DNA of 64,000 nucleotides from Pocillopora damicornis (Eukaryota): NCBI RefSeq assembly GCF_003704095.1, contig NW_020847499.1, positions 310,001 to 374,000 of the forward strand, read 5' to 3'. Shown piece by piece: positions 51,412 to 63,271 of this stretch (position 1 is its first letter; each line of letters starts with the position of its first letter). The notes under the pieces were generated by a model. It saw only the letters and a program-made list of their open reading frames with translations, ran no database searches and was not told where the DNA came from. The position numbers and the translations under genes were made by a program.

Positions 51412-52139
51412 CTCAAGGGGATCTCAGTTTCTCGTGTCAACTCCTCTCTCAGGCTGTTTCTCTCATTTCAGGACCACCGTGTCAAACAACAGGGAAACTG
51501 GGATCAAGTCTGAATTTTGATTCGCTTCCTAAACATTTTTCTCACTAAGATTGGAAATCCATTAATGCGTTCACAATCATATGAGTGGGTTTCAGGCCTT
51601 GTACTTTTTAGCAAATTTCTACTTTGATCAATAATTGTTTTTGTTTATTGCAATATTTCGTACTGATAGCTTTTGAAGGAGATAAAAGAAAGGTTGTATT
51701 TTGTAGTAACAAGATCACGAGCATCTCGAAAGAGCTTGTCTGTGTAAAAATCTATCTAAAAGATTCAAAAGTCCAATTACTTTAAAGAGAAATAAAATTT
51801 TGCTTCAACACTTATTATACACGAAGTCTACTATTTTCCTGTGCTCTGCTTGCTTTCCATTTATCGATTTCCCAGGTACAAACCTAAAAGAGCCTTTAAC
51901 AATAGAGCCTTACAACGCATCTTGTTCTTCGGACCTTTCATTTTTGGTAGAAGAATGAATCGGAAGTGAAAACCCGAAACGTTTCTTCAGGAAGATTCAT
52001 TTTATTAAGTTACTGACCCTCTGTGGATGGCAGAGGAGATACAGTAACTGTTTTGAATGAGTAAAATGTTTTTAAAACCCTTCCTTATTTTTTAAATGAT
52101 AAAGCCAGTAATTGACTTCACGAGTACTTGGGTTCAGTC

Positions 52140-52340
52140 ATTATTTATCGGGGGGGAGGGGGATTGGAGACTTTTTGGGGATCACATGGTTTCCAGGGGA
52201 TCAGTCGTCGCCAACAGAGAATAAAGGGGGGGAGGACTATGGAAAATTGACAGCCAATTAAGGGCAGGGGATCATAGGAGTGTTACAGATCCAAAATCGG
52301 CCATCCTCCCTCCCCCTGCGATTAATGATGACCGGTCCCT
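52140..52340. repeat. Interspersed repeat; related copies at about 3395-3500, 14180-14255, 32270-32465 (inverted) and 63600-63720 (inverted)
   Basis: Shared GATCACATGGTT...GGGATCAGTC..C..ACAGAG..TAAAGGGGGG.CTAT blocks. Confidence 0.6.
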
Positions 52341-53609
52341 TCGATTTCGTTGCAAAAACTAGTGACTGTCATCAATTTTTATCGGTTGGTGCGCGCACAG
52401 CACAGTAGAAATTTCTTTCCGTTTCATTTTCGTAGTATATGAATCTATAACTCCCTAATTTTGTAAAACGGGCATTTTCTTGGTTTTTAAGTAATAAGGA
52501 GATTTTAGTTTCTGACAGATTCCGATGTCAACCCGGGGCCTTCTTCGGTACCGTCTGGAAGCTTAGGGTTATGTTAGTATACAAAATGGTACTCCAGTCT
52601 GTTCGCCGGGAGAGAAATGATTTGAGAAAGAAGGAAAATCGTCCTGCCAACAAATCAATTGCACAAGAGCCTTGATGTTGTTTGTATTAGATGATCAAAT
52701 GTTGTCAAAACCCGATGTCTGTATTGTAGCATTTAATTCTGACAGACTGCTCTGTTTTTTTTTTTAATTTTATAATAAACACATTTGAGAGGAATGAGGG
52801 TATTCAAACGCTTATCATGACCTTGTATGCCTTTTCTGTAAAAATACTGCTAAGTGGTAACTTTTTTTTTAGCTTGAGGCTAATTTATCTCTACCTTACA
52901 AAGTACCAGTCCTCTCATTAGAATTCCTGAATTTCTTTCTAGAGTCAAGAGATTTTCAGAATTCGATGTTCCAGAGTACTTTTTCATTCGGTATCTGAAC
53001 GAAGTCTTTCTCCCAAAAACGTACTTGACAATAATAAGATGACAATTGGAAAACGTTTTTAGTATATAAACATCAGCGGAATACCAAGTGAGCTTTTGCG
53101 CGAAAACATGATATCTTCACGCGTAAAGATAACATGTCATCTTCACACGTGAAAAGATCATTGTCGCTATGGTTCATACAGAAATCGCGCCTTTGATGTA
53201 GCGCCTTTTATTTAGTATTTTATTGGTGTTTATATGATAAATAGAAGATATTATATGGCCGCTTGGAGATACGAAATTCCTCCTCTCTTGTTAAAAAGTA
53301 TTCGCTCGTCCGCCTCGCTCACTCGTGAAACATTTGTCAGCGCTCGAAGATAAATTTCGTATCTCCGTGTGGCCATGCAATATCCTCTTTTCATTGCACC
53401 GAAGATGCTAAGATACAAATATATGATTAAAAGAAAAAGCTAAAGGGTCTTTGGAGTTATCACGTTAAAGCTGATGGACAAAGATGAGAAAACATAGGAG
53501 GTATGCAGTCCAAAGCATTCTACTTTTTGATCGTGAGTTGGTCTCTGCCTGTCCTTTTTCAAACCTCTCTAAAATGGTGTACCAGGATCAGGGGAGAAAT
53601 CACCGGAAG

Positions 53610-56600
53610 TCACACATAGTAAGCCATGTCGTTGACGTTGAAAATGCTTGTGATGTCATAGTAATCAGCCTCGCAAAGTACCACCTGAAAGTGGAGGAAA
53701 AACTTGTCGCCGACGCAGAATCTGTACTGGCAGATGTGACAGGCGAAGCAATCAAGGTGATACGTGTGCTCACGAGCCCGCATCACCATTTCCAGAGGTA
53801 GTATCGTTTTGGAGCAGTGTGCGCATTGTCCAGTGGCACCAAATAACCTGGAATGAAAATAAAAGCTAATATGTAAGGATAGCCGAGAGAGGAGTGGGCA
53901 TAACATCTACGGGAAACGTCTGAAGAAAGAATGATGCAGTACGGCGATGTCACATCGGTAAAGATTCTTTTTTTTTTTTTTTTCAAAATCTCCTGAAGGA
54001 GATGGAACACAACGAAACAAGGCAACATATGGGGGTTAGCTCTCAAACCTGGGGCCTGTGTTACAATTTTGATTTTTGTTCAAATGGGGGCTAAATTTCA
54101 ATTTCCTTGTTTTTTCCTCTGTCCAGAGAGCAATTTTATTAAGCGAGCCATCGCAAATTGCAAAAGGCCTACCTTTATCAAATAAGCTTCAGTGAAACCT
54201 ATCCAAATTACGACATCGACTAACAAATTTAAATTTCTTGGGAAGAACTTGTGAACTTTTCAGCGAAAAGAACGCTACAATGTACAGCATTAAGTACATA
54301 TGACAATAAACAACAATAAATACAATTGAACTGAGGTGAAAAGTGGGCTTAAGTAACCTAATACTGAATATATTCCATTAAAAGACCTTAAAATATTCAG
54401 ACAAAGCCATTCCCATCATTAGTGTCTATAACCATGTTGGCCAGACTCCAGAGTGCTTCTTAGAGTAATCTTTTGTTGGAACGCTCACAGATTTAACTGA
54501 GAAACGCCCCTTTGCTGCCCAAAGATTCACGATATGAAAACGTTCGACTGCAATCTAATACAATAATAAACATACTTCTTGTCATATTAAGGTATGATCA
54601 GATCTTTATCAGCTCAAATAACGTCCATTTTTAGTCTGCAACATGGCTCTCCCTCATTAGTTATCGCCTTGGCTGGGGNNNNNNNNNNNNNNNNNNNNNN
54701 NNNNNNNNNNNNNNNNNNNNNNNNNNNNNNNNNNNNNNNNNNNNNNNNNNNNNNNNNNNNNNNNNNNNNNNNNNNNNNNNNNNNNNNNNNNNNNNNNNNN
54801 NNNNNNNNNNNNNNNNNNNNNNNNNNNNNNNNNNNNNNNNNNNNNNNNNNNNCCCCAAGGTATTGCTAAAATATTGAGCCACTCAATGACTTTATTTATA
54901 ACTACTTCTGATCGAAGTTCACTAGTCACTAGGAAACATTGCCAAAGCATCATCAAAGTAACAGTGAGGATTTTTAAAACTGCCCATTTAAATTGAATGA
55001 TGATGAAGAGAAGCCAAAGTAAGTTATCGCTTGACTTATTGCTAAAAAAAGGCATGTCTGCAGTAGATTAAAGGTTACTTAAACACTGCCATGTGATAAA
55101 TTTAAAGCAAATAAAGGGAGAGTAAACAAAACCCATTATACTTCAAAATTGATCTACGTGCCAAGGTCAGTGAAATGAGAAACGCCGTGTGTGGTTATAA
55201 TCTCGTAGCTATTTAAAAAATTTGGTGAAAACTTTTAGCAATTTACCATAGCTGGTTATTTATGACTTATAGCATTTTTATTCAGTTTCATGTTTAAGGA
55301 AATGTCATCTCTCGCCATATAAACAGCTATCACAAAGAACATGGAGATTGCTTTACATTTTTAACTTACTGAAAAGAGTCATGACTTTCAGTCGATTAGG
55401 TCACGTATAGGTAAGGGTATTTATTCCAGAGTTGACAGAATGATCCCCACGAGTGTAGTTTCGCTTGGAATAATAAAAAGGGAAACATGCTATGTCTTAT
55501 AAATACACTGAGAACAATCCTCTCAGCTGGTCACGTGCAAGAGGCTGGCTGTCTTCGATCAATTTACGCGGACTTAGTGGAATAATCCCTTAGATCCGAT
55601 TATGTTGTTTGCGATACCTGTGTGTAAAACTGAAGACAGATTTATGCTCCCAGACAAAAGCAGCTTATAACAAATTTAATTTGTTTAAAAGGATGACAGA
55701 AGGTCGAATGGTAGCAGTGATATTATTAACCCGTGGAGGCTTAGGCCTGAAAATTGCCATTTAGGCCTGAAGAAATGAGTTAACGAACTTTTTTATGGCT
55801 GCGGAATGGAACATGAATGCTCGCTTGATTTCAGTAATACAGCATCTTTTGAATACATTTATGTGTTAGTGAATTAGAAAAAATGTGAGAGGTAGGTTCA
55901 CAGCTGGATTTGAGTAAGAACACTCACAAACTGTTGATCCTGTTAAGGTCGTTGATTAATTACTGTAGTTGCTAATCAGTTGTTCTCTCAATGTCTCCTC
56001 TCAATGTTAACAAGACGGTCTATCTGCAGTTTTTACGTTCAGTTGAGTAATAATAAATAATCAAGAGAACACATACCAGATATCGTGTACTGAGAATCTC
56101 TCAGCTGAAAAATATTCAAAAAAAACTTTATCGAGTACACAGAAATATAAAAGAAAAAGGAGAAAACACAGCAAGTTAATTTTAACAATGCAAGCAGCTG
56201 GTGCTCACTTGAAAATTTCCGGTAATTTTACCTGTTAATACGCTGTGGAAATTTACGGTTAAAGGCTCATTCACTGGCTAATCATCGACAAGGTTCAAAC
56301 TTATTACACGATAGTGTGTTGCCTTATTCAAAACAAAGTAGTTATTATTAACTGTCGCCTTCCGATCAAGGAAATAGAATTTGATCAAGTACCCATTTCC
56401 CGTTTGTGCCAGAAGCTAACAACATGTAGAGTTTATTCAACCAAACTTCACAATACGTTTGCCGGGAAGCTGAAGCATTTTAACTCAGCGTCCATCATAG
56501 ATAAAATCTTTTCAACCAGCTTGAAAAATGATAAAAAGCGTTTAGTAATGCACACCATACTGTATTATTATATAGTTTTTAAAGAGGAAAGAGAACATTC

Positions 56601-59134
56601 CTTAAGTTCTTATTTCGTTTTGGACTATGTTGCCGTTTTTAGTAATTATAAACTGATTAAGTTGGCTGTTGGCCAGTTTTCAGTATAATGGTTAGTAAAA
56701 GGTTTAAAAAGTTTCAGCAGGAAATTGATATGCCGTGGAATTACCGGAGTTACTGATCAGGGCCAAGGTTATAACCATGGAAAGGATTTAAAACTGTACA
56801 GCGAAAATCTACAAATTTTACGAACTAGTCCTAATACTTCTTCTATCTTCATCATTATTTCGCAGCAATAGAATCTAATGATCCCAAACAGAAGTATTCC
56901 GTTTTCTTTTCTGAGCTTTCAGGAAAATTTTACAATGAAAAAAATTGAACAATTTTAAAATCTGTAGAAATGGTTCCTGCGTATTTAAGTTTCACTATAT
57001 AATTCTTCCTTAATGATAGAGAGGATGAATACACAGCTATTCTTGCAATTAGAAAAGAAACATTTATGCTTTACCTGATGTAGTCTCGTTTACAAAGTTT
57101 TAAATCTTCCCTGAGGTAAAACTTAAAGCTTAAGTCTGCCAGCTGTGTGTTGCAATACGAACATTTCAAGCACTCTTCGTGCCAAAACTTGTCCAAAGCT
57201 CGTAGCAAAAACTTGCCCTCAATTGTTTTGCTGCACTGTGCACACATTTTCTCTTCCTTGGACTCTTCTTTGACCATCTTCTTGCCGTCTTTCTTATAAT
57301 CATCTAAAAGAAACGAGAAACGAGAGAAATTTCTCCTTTAATGTCCACGAGTTTCGTGGCGCCTCACCGCCCTAGTCGAGAGCAACGTGTAACATGCGTT
57401 ACATCTCCGTTTTCCTTATTTACGCCATAAAAGATGATAATAGTTGGAAAGAAACTGTTCACGCTACCATCTTGACCTTCAAGTTTTACAACTTGTCGAG
57501 ACACGAGAGGATACACCCATATCCACTATCGAACTGTATAACTGCTAAAGGGCAGACAGCTAATCTTTGCTCGACAAATTAATTATTGAAAATGCCAGTG
57601 GACTTTAGTGCATTTAGAAAAGTGGTCGTTCAGATATTAGTTTCAACTTTGCGCACCACAATGAAAGAAGCCCTCGGAAGGGAGAGGAACACCTGTTAGG
57701 AAGCTGATGCTTTTAGCATGAGAACTGTGGGAAGTTTCTTCGCAAAATTTTCTCATTCGCTTCCTAAAATAGCACACTGAACCCCCCCAAAGCATAGTAT
57801 GATTCAAATACCATCAACATTGGCATAAAATCAAATTTAACATGTTTAGGGTTAACTTTCAACCCTAATATCGGACGTTTACGCTGATAGTCGCACGAAG
57901 TTTACTTCCTTAAAGCAAATTTTCCCACCCAAAAATACATTTATACTGATCTTAGATGATCGCTTAGTTGACGAGAATTTGTAAGTTTGAATATAGATTT
58001 ATCGACGCTTCATTTGTGCCAAGGCCAGCATTCTCTTTGTATTATTTTCCAATTGGGGAGATATCTTATAACAAGTATGTAAAGATTTTTTAAGTTTCGA
58101 AAAACTGGTTGAACCAGTTTCTTTATTATTCGTATGAAATGTAAAGCTTGGCTTGATCTGGTTTCACTGCATGTTTACACTCATTATTGCTTTCGTACCA
58201 TCGGTCTCGGCTTGCCCTCTAAATAACAGCAATAGAACTGACAAACGGTTATATTTCATCGACTAATTACTTAATCTGACACGGTGCCATCCGCTGTTCT
58301 TTCAATTAGTAGTCGATAAAAGGTTAAAAATATCTAAGAAAAGACAACCTCGCCTACATCTTCCCTACTGTTAACTAATCATTGCAACAGAACGAGAAGT
58401 TTCCAACTGACATTTTGCTGCAACGATTGATGCCATAGTAAGGTCAATGACAATTTGATGTACATGCGTATATGTACCCCTATTGACTGATACATCCGCT
58501 CTGTTTTTCAGTTTAGAGGTGCTCTCAAACTATCAGAAGTGACGGATTTTTTTCCAGCGTTTTATCGAACATAACTGCGACACATCAGGCAAAATTCTAT
58601 TCAGGACAAATAGAGTGGTGATTTTTGGGTAACTGTTTCAAAATTGGATCAAAAGGAACGGCTCCTTGTCGTGCCTCTTGACATAGGGACAGAAAGAAAG
58701 AGTTTTTTTTTCCAAACAAGACTGACGATTCGTTATGGATCCCTTCTTTGCTCTTATATCCTACCGTCAATTTAATTGTCGAAAGCTGTGCCAAATTGTC
58801 GTACCATTATTGATTTCTAGAGAGTACAAATTTAATGAAAGGCGCCCTATTCGCTTCAGTTGGGTTCAATCCAGATATTACTGAACAATTATGAACCTTG
58901 GAGCGTAACATCTCGCTCTTCATGATCAAGGAGATAAAACTGGGGATTGACGCTCCATCATATCTAAGATTTCTTGGAAGAGAATTCCCCGAGTGGCGAA
59001 TTTGTGACGATAATCAAATCATTCTCAGTAAGCCTGGATATTTTATAAAGAGCACATGGACTTATGATGGTTTAAGACGCTGATAGGTAATGCACCCTAA
59101 CAACATTCAGATAAAATGTCTACTACTTACCCAT
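53610..59134 (-). CDS. LIM-domain-only protein, LMO1/LMO3 (rhombotin)-like, paralog 2 (156 aa)
   Basis: Exons 59131-59134 (ATG G|GTAAGT), 57075-57303 (LIM1; 229 nt, the same length as in paralog 1) and 53610-53847 (LIM2: LFGATGQCAHC..EMVMRAREHTYHLDCFAC..RFCVGDKF..LCEADY). Confidence 0.92.
54679..54852. other. Assembly gap (N run)
   Basis: Run of N. Confidence 1.
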
Positions 59135-61410
59135 ACTATACAGATTTTCTTTCGTTCAAAGATTCACTACAGCTCTTCGCCTGTTGTTCAGATCGCTGGT
59201 CTCCAGCAGAATCTGACACTGCCTTCAAAGGTGCATACCTGATCTAAGTCGCGTCGGAATTATTATAGATCGTGTTTCTGTACACAACATATTTTGGTTT
59301 TAAATAGTCCAGGGTCCTAAATAAACGAGAAACTCTTGAGATACGACTGACTATTGTGAGATAAGGACTGAATCCGTATTGTTTGATTTTCAGTTATATG
59401 GCTGCGTTTCAAAATGCGCCAAGGTTAAGAAACCGGAACGACTAGAAGCCCCTTTCACAAGCGGCTGTCACTCAAAATAGGAAGTGCAAATGGAAAATTT
59501 CAAGTACTGGTAGTAACCCCCCGAGAATTATCTGATTTGACATGAACTAATGGGCAAGTTTTTTGGAGGAATTTTAGAAATATCTTCTAGTGCCATCTGC
59601 TTTTTGTTCGAGGGGTTTTGAAAGTATCTCTACTCTCATCATAAAATAATGTTGTAACTGAAGTATCTATTCTTTTCTAAGTAAGTGTTTATTTTAATTC
59701 TGTTTGTTCCAAGGTGAGGAATGCAGGGTTATGGCCTAAACGTTAAAGTGGATATCTTAAACCAAGACGTTACCATGGTCACAATGCCACCTAAGACACA
59801 TGCAAAGTAACGCGCTCTTTTGGATTTAGATATTCAAACAGTTAGCCGGAGTTTCTATCCCTTTTAACAAGAAAAAAGTATATAATTGTTGGCAATAATA
59901 TTTGCTTTTCTAGTGAGAATGAAACTCTTGTATACCGTCCAACGTACTCAGCCATGTGACACCCTTTTCTTAGAAAGTGTTACAATAGATAAGAAAGGAA
60001 ACAAGGCATGAAGGTCGTGTAACAGTTAGCATGCTTTACGAGCTGATTAAAAAGACTATCTGCTCAGTGGATTGGATGGGACTATAAAGACAACCAAAAT
60101 ATTTTATAAGTTAAAGAAAACGGAAGGAAATGGCTGTCTTGTTGGAGATATGAAATCACAGTTCTGTACTTTTTTAGGGCCGTGGCCTTGAAAAGGTAGC
60201 ACGAGACTTGTGAGCTAGAAGTTCGAACTGGGGAGTTGGCTTTCCAAGCCTTAGCTTAAAAAATCGCTAAAAAGTCGCAAAAAGTCGCATTCTGTTCTCA
60301 TGGAGGAGAATCACCCGCACGGTGGCATAGTTCAGTGACATGGTAAAAATATATGCAAAAAAATTACACGGATAAAAAAATTGGAAAACAATTCAATCTA
60401 ACTTGGAGAAAGTGTCAAGAAAATTAAAAACACCTTGAATAACTTGCCATTTGGCAGTGCCTTATCGTGCCAATTTTATATTGGCTACAGTATCTTCTCA
60501 GCTAGATAGAAATGCTTGAACTGTATGCATAAACAGAAGTCAATCCCACAGTTTGACAAGCGTAAATTGGTACTAAGATTCGTGCATTTTGCCAACGATT
60601 AAAGGAAAAGTCGAGGGTTTCAAATGATCCAGTCAGAATAAAACACAAGTACCGAAACAAAAACACTGAATTGAATCAAACGATTTCTATTTCAGAATGA
60701 AATTTAAAAATCTGAAATTTCTTCTTTTGATTGAAACAACTTTTCCCTTTGTCTTTCATGTCCTCAAAAAAAGATTGCTAAGTACGATAGATCCATTTCC
60801 GGGGATACTGCTTTGTTTATTTTCTTTTAAAATGGGAAAAATTTCCACACACCAGAGTAAAGGTGTAAGATGAAGCTTTGGGATAAAGCACATCTTTACA
60901 AATCTCGTCTATTTTTTTTTCGTCAAAGAATAAACCGTGCTGTGATACTATCGTCCAACTCAGGAAATTTTTTAATTCGTTTTTGCTATTTTCTTTTTGG
61001 CAACTGTTTCTGGACATTCTCAGCTGTTACGAGTTGCCGGTTTTCCGGTCAGCCTGGGTGGTCTGTCATCTATTCTGTCTTAAAATAGATTTCCGTCTTG
61101 TTTCTAACGTAAAACACAACAAAATATTCCTGCTTTGGAATTGGAAAAGGCTGTTCAGTAACGTTCTTTTTTTTCTTTTTCATTTATTCTGGACCTTTAG
61201 GCCCTTTTTGTTTTAGATTTTGCTAATTCCAAAGTGATTTAACTTCTTTGCAGTCTTCGGCGCAATGAAATAATTTTTTGATGATTTCTGGACTATAATT
61301 CGTAAAACAAAGGTATTGGAAGTTCGTTATTTCTAGGCCGAATGATTAATAGAAGAGAAGTATCAAATGGAACCATGCCACACAAAAAAGTCAACCGACC
61401 AGAAAACACG

Positions 61411-61582
61411 NNNNNNNNNNNNNNNNNNNNNNNNNNNNNNNNNNNNNNNNNNNNNNNNNNNNNNNNNNNNNNNNNNNNNNNNNNNNNNNNNNNNNNNNNN
61501 NNNNNNNNNNNNNNNNNNNNNNNNNNNNNNNNNNNNNNNNNNNNNNNNNNNNNNNNNNNNNNNNNNNNNNNNNNNNNNNNNN
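61411..61582. other. Assembly gap (N run)
   Basis: Run of N. Confidence 1.
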
Positions 61583-61912
61583 AATGTTTGAGGTCGTTGT
61601 TTGGAATCTTTGTTTTCGTTTTATTTATGGAAATTTTATCATTACCGTCAAAGTTGTTTAAATGATAAGAGAGACCAAAAAAGACCACGGTCTTGTTGAG
61701 GATAATAGTCTTTTATTGGTAGAGCGATGCTTTTCTTTGGGATCTTTAAAATTGTTATGATTTTCATTTCTTCCTATGGCCTCATTTTAAGAACACATGC
61801 GCTTTCTTGGTTAAGCTTGTTAACTGTTCATACTCTCAGCGGCCCTATAATAATACAAAAATTACACACTGATGGTTAGATAATTTGATTTGATTAAATG
61901 AGATGATGATGA

Positions 61913-62120
61913 AAATTGGCCGCTGAAAAGAGTTGCTGAGGCTAACGTTTTAAACATGAGCCCTTCGTCAGAGCGAATAGAGGAATTGTGGCTTGCGTGG
62001 GGTTTGAATGCAGAAAAATGGAGTCACGCTTTTGGTGGGAACACGGTAACGTAAAAAACACAAGAATTAATTAGGTAAATGAAAAACATGGAAGAATAAG
62101 AGCGCTCATTTGAAAGATTC
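61913..62120 (-). mobile_element. Penelope-like element 3'-end remnant with a degenerate hammerhead motif
   Basis: The minus strand reads CTCTGACGAAGGGCTCATGTTTAAAACGTTAGC, with GAAAC degenerated to AAAAC. The flank AAATTGGCC..AAAGAGTT is shared with the 1.6 kb element. Confidence 0.5.
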
Positions 62121-62502
62121 TTTATACTAATAGATAGGCCCATCCAAGATAAAAATGTTTTGGCTCTTACAACAGGGAGAGGAAGTGAACATAACATATC
62201 GCTGGCAGTGCCCTCGGGCAGTATGAAGCGAATCTTGTGTTTTGATTGGTTACCGGTACTACACTCACACGGCTCTGTCGCAAAAAAACTTAAAGGAAAA
62301 AGGAAGTAGCAAAATAGGTGCGTTTTTCGATGAATTCTGAGTTTCTTGTTCTAACTCGAAGAAACAAAGGGGGAAATTTATCGTAGAGTCCTTTTTCTGG
62401 TTGTCCCACTTGCATCCGTTTATCGCGTACTATTTAGGTCGAAAAAAATTTCGAAAAAAATTTTCGAAATTTTGTAACATTTATTGGTCATATGATAAGA
62501 TG

Positions 62503-62660
62503 CTTATTGACTGAGTGGGAGACTGGGGCCCGACGGTAAAATATTTGGCTCTTGGTCATGACGCATTGAACTCGCTACCCTAAGTCCCTAAGTCATGATC
62601 TCGAGCCAAATATTCTCCTGTCCGGCCCTCCCCCCCCCAGTCGCCCACTCAGTCAATAAG
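62503..62660. mobile_element. MITE with perfect 17-bp terminal inverted repeats
   Basis: CTTATTGACTGAGTGGG (62503-62519) and CCCACTCAGTCAATAAG (62644-62660), with further internal inverted similarity (AAATATTTGGCTC / GAGCCAAATATT). Confidence 0.75.
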
Positions 62661-62905
62661 TACATAATACGACCCAGGTATGTTGGTAGGGCATGCATTA
62701 GTTTCCTCGTGTCCACAAATTTATCATAGTGACAGATGAGTCGAGTTTGCCGCGAGAACTTGTGTTATCATATTACGCAGGAGCTGAAGATGCAATGTGA
62801 ACACAGAGAGAACTATCTCAAAAATTATACAGTCCAACCACATGGATAAGATAAAGAAACAAGCTACTAACCTTGTGTCTATATTTGCCTGCTTCCCAGT
62901 GGAGG

Positions 62906-63271
62906 TTAATGACTTCCACTCTTTTTAATTGCTTCTAATGCTTGTTCTCGTTTGAAAGCTTTCCATATAAACTGTGGAAGGAAACCTTTAACTTGTTTAA
63001 ACAGGGATCTTTTGTTTGTGTTCAACAAGTCTTTTTCAGCCCTTTCTCCAACTAGATATTCTCGCTTGCCGTAGTCCGGAAAGCAAAGTGGAAAACACGG
63101 TTCCAATCTGCTAGGATGTTGTTTGTTGATTGCTGAAGCCAAGTCACTCTGTTGTGCGGTGTCCTGGGGTTCACTGTGATTCACCGCAATACTGTCGCTT
63201 TGTGAGGCATCCTGTGTCATCGTGCTGGCAGCAATCATCAGGAGCATCAAGATTTTGAGTATCTCGTTCAT
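62906..63271 (-). CDS. Secreted prepropeptide D (121 aa); predicted LEPCFPLCFPDY-amide plus a KR-flanked amphipathic peptide
   Basis: Acceptor ttttctcag directly before the ATG at 63271; signal MNEILKILMLLMIAASTMT; R-LEPCFPLCFPDY-GKR; KR-SLFKQVKGFLPQFIWKAF-KR. Confidence 0.82.
   Translation of the reverse strand: MNEILKILMLLMIAASTMTQDASQSDSIAVNHSEPQDTAQQSDLASAINKQHPSRLEPCFPLCFPDYGKREYLVGERAEKDLLNTNKRSLFKQVKGFLPQFIWKAFKREQALEAIKKSGSH

Noticed and set aside
53484-53801. 105-aa plus-strand ORF (similarly 16168-16389 minus and 46742-46942 minus)
   Set aside because: These are antisense to real LMO or MARCH exons.
54594-55055. ORFs spanning N runs (also 61293-61688)
   Set aside because: They are artefacts of translating through assembly gaps.
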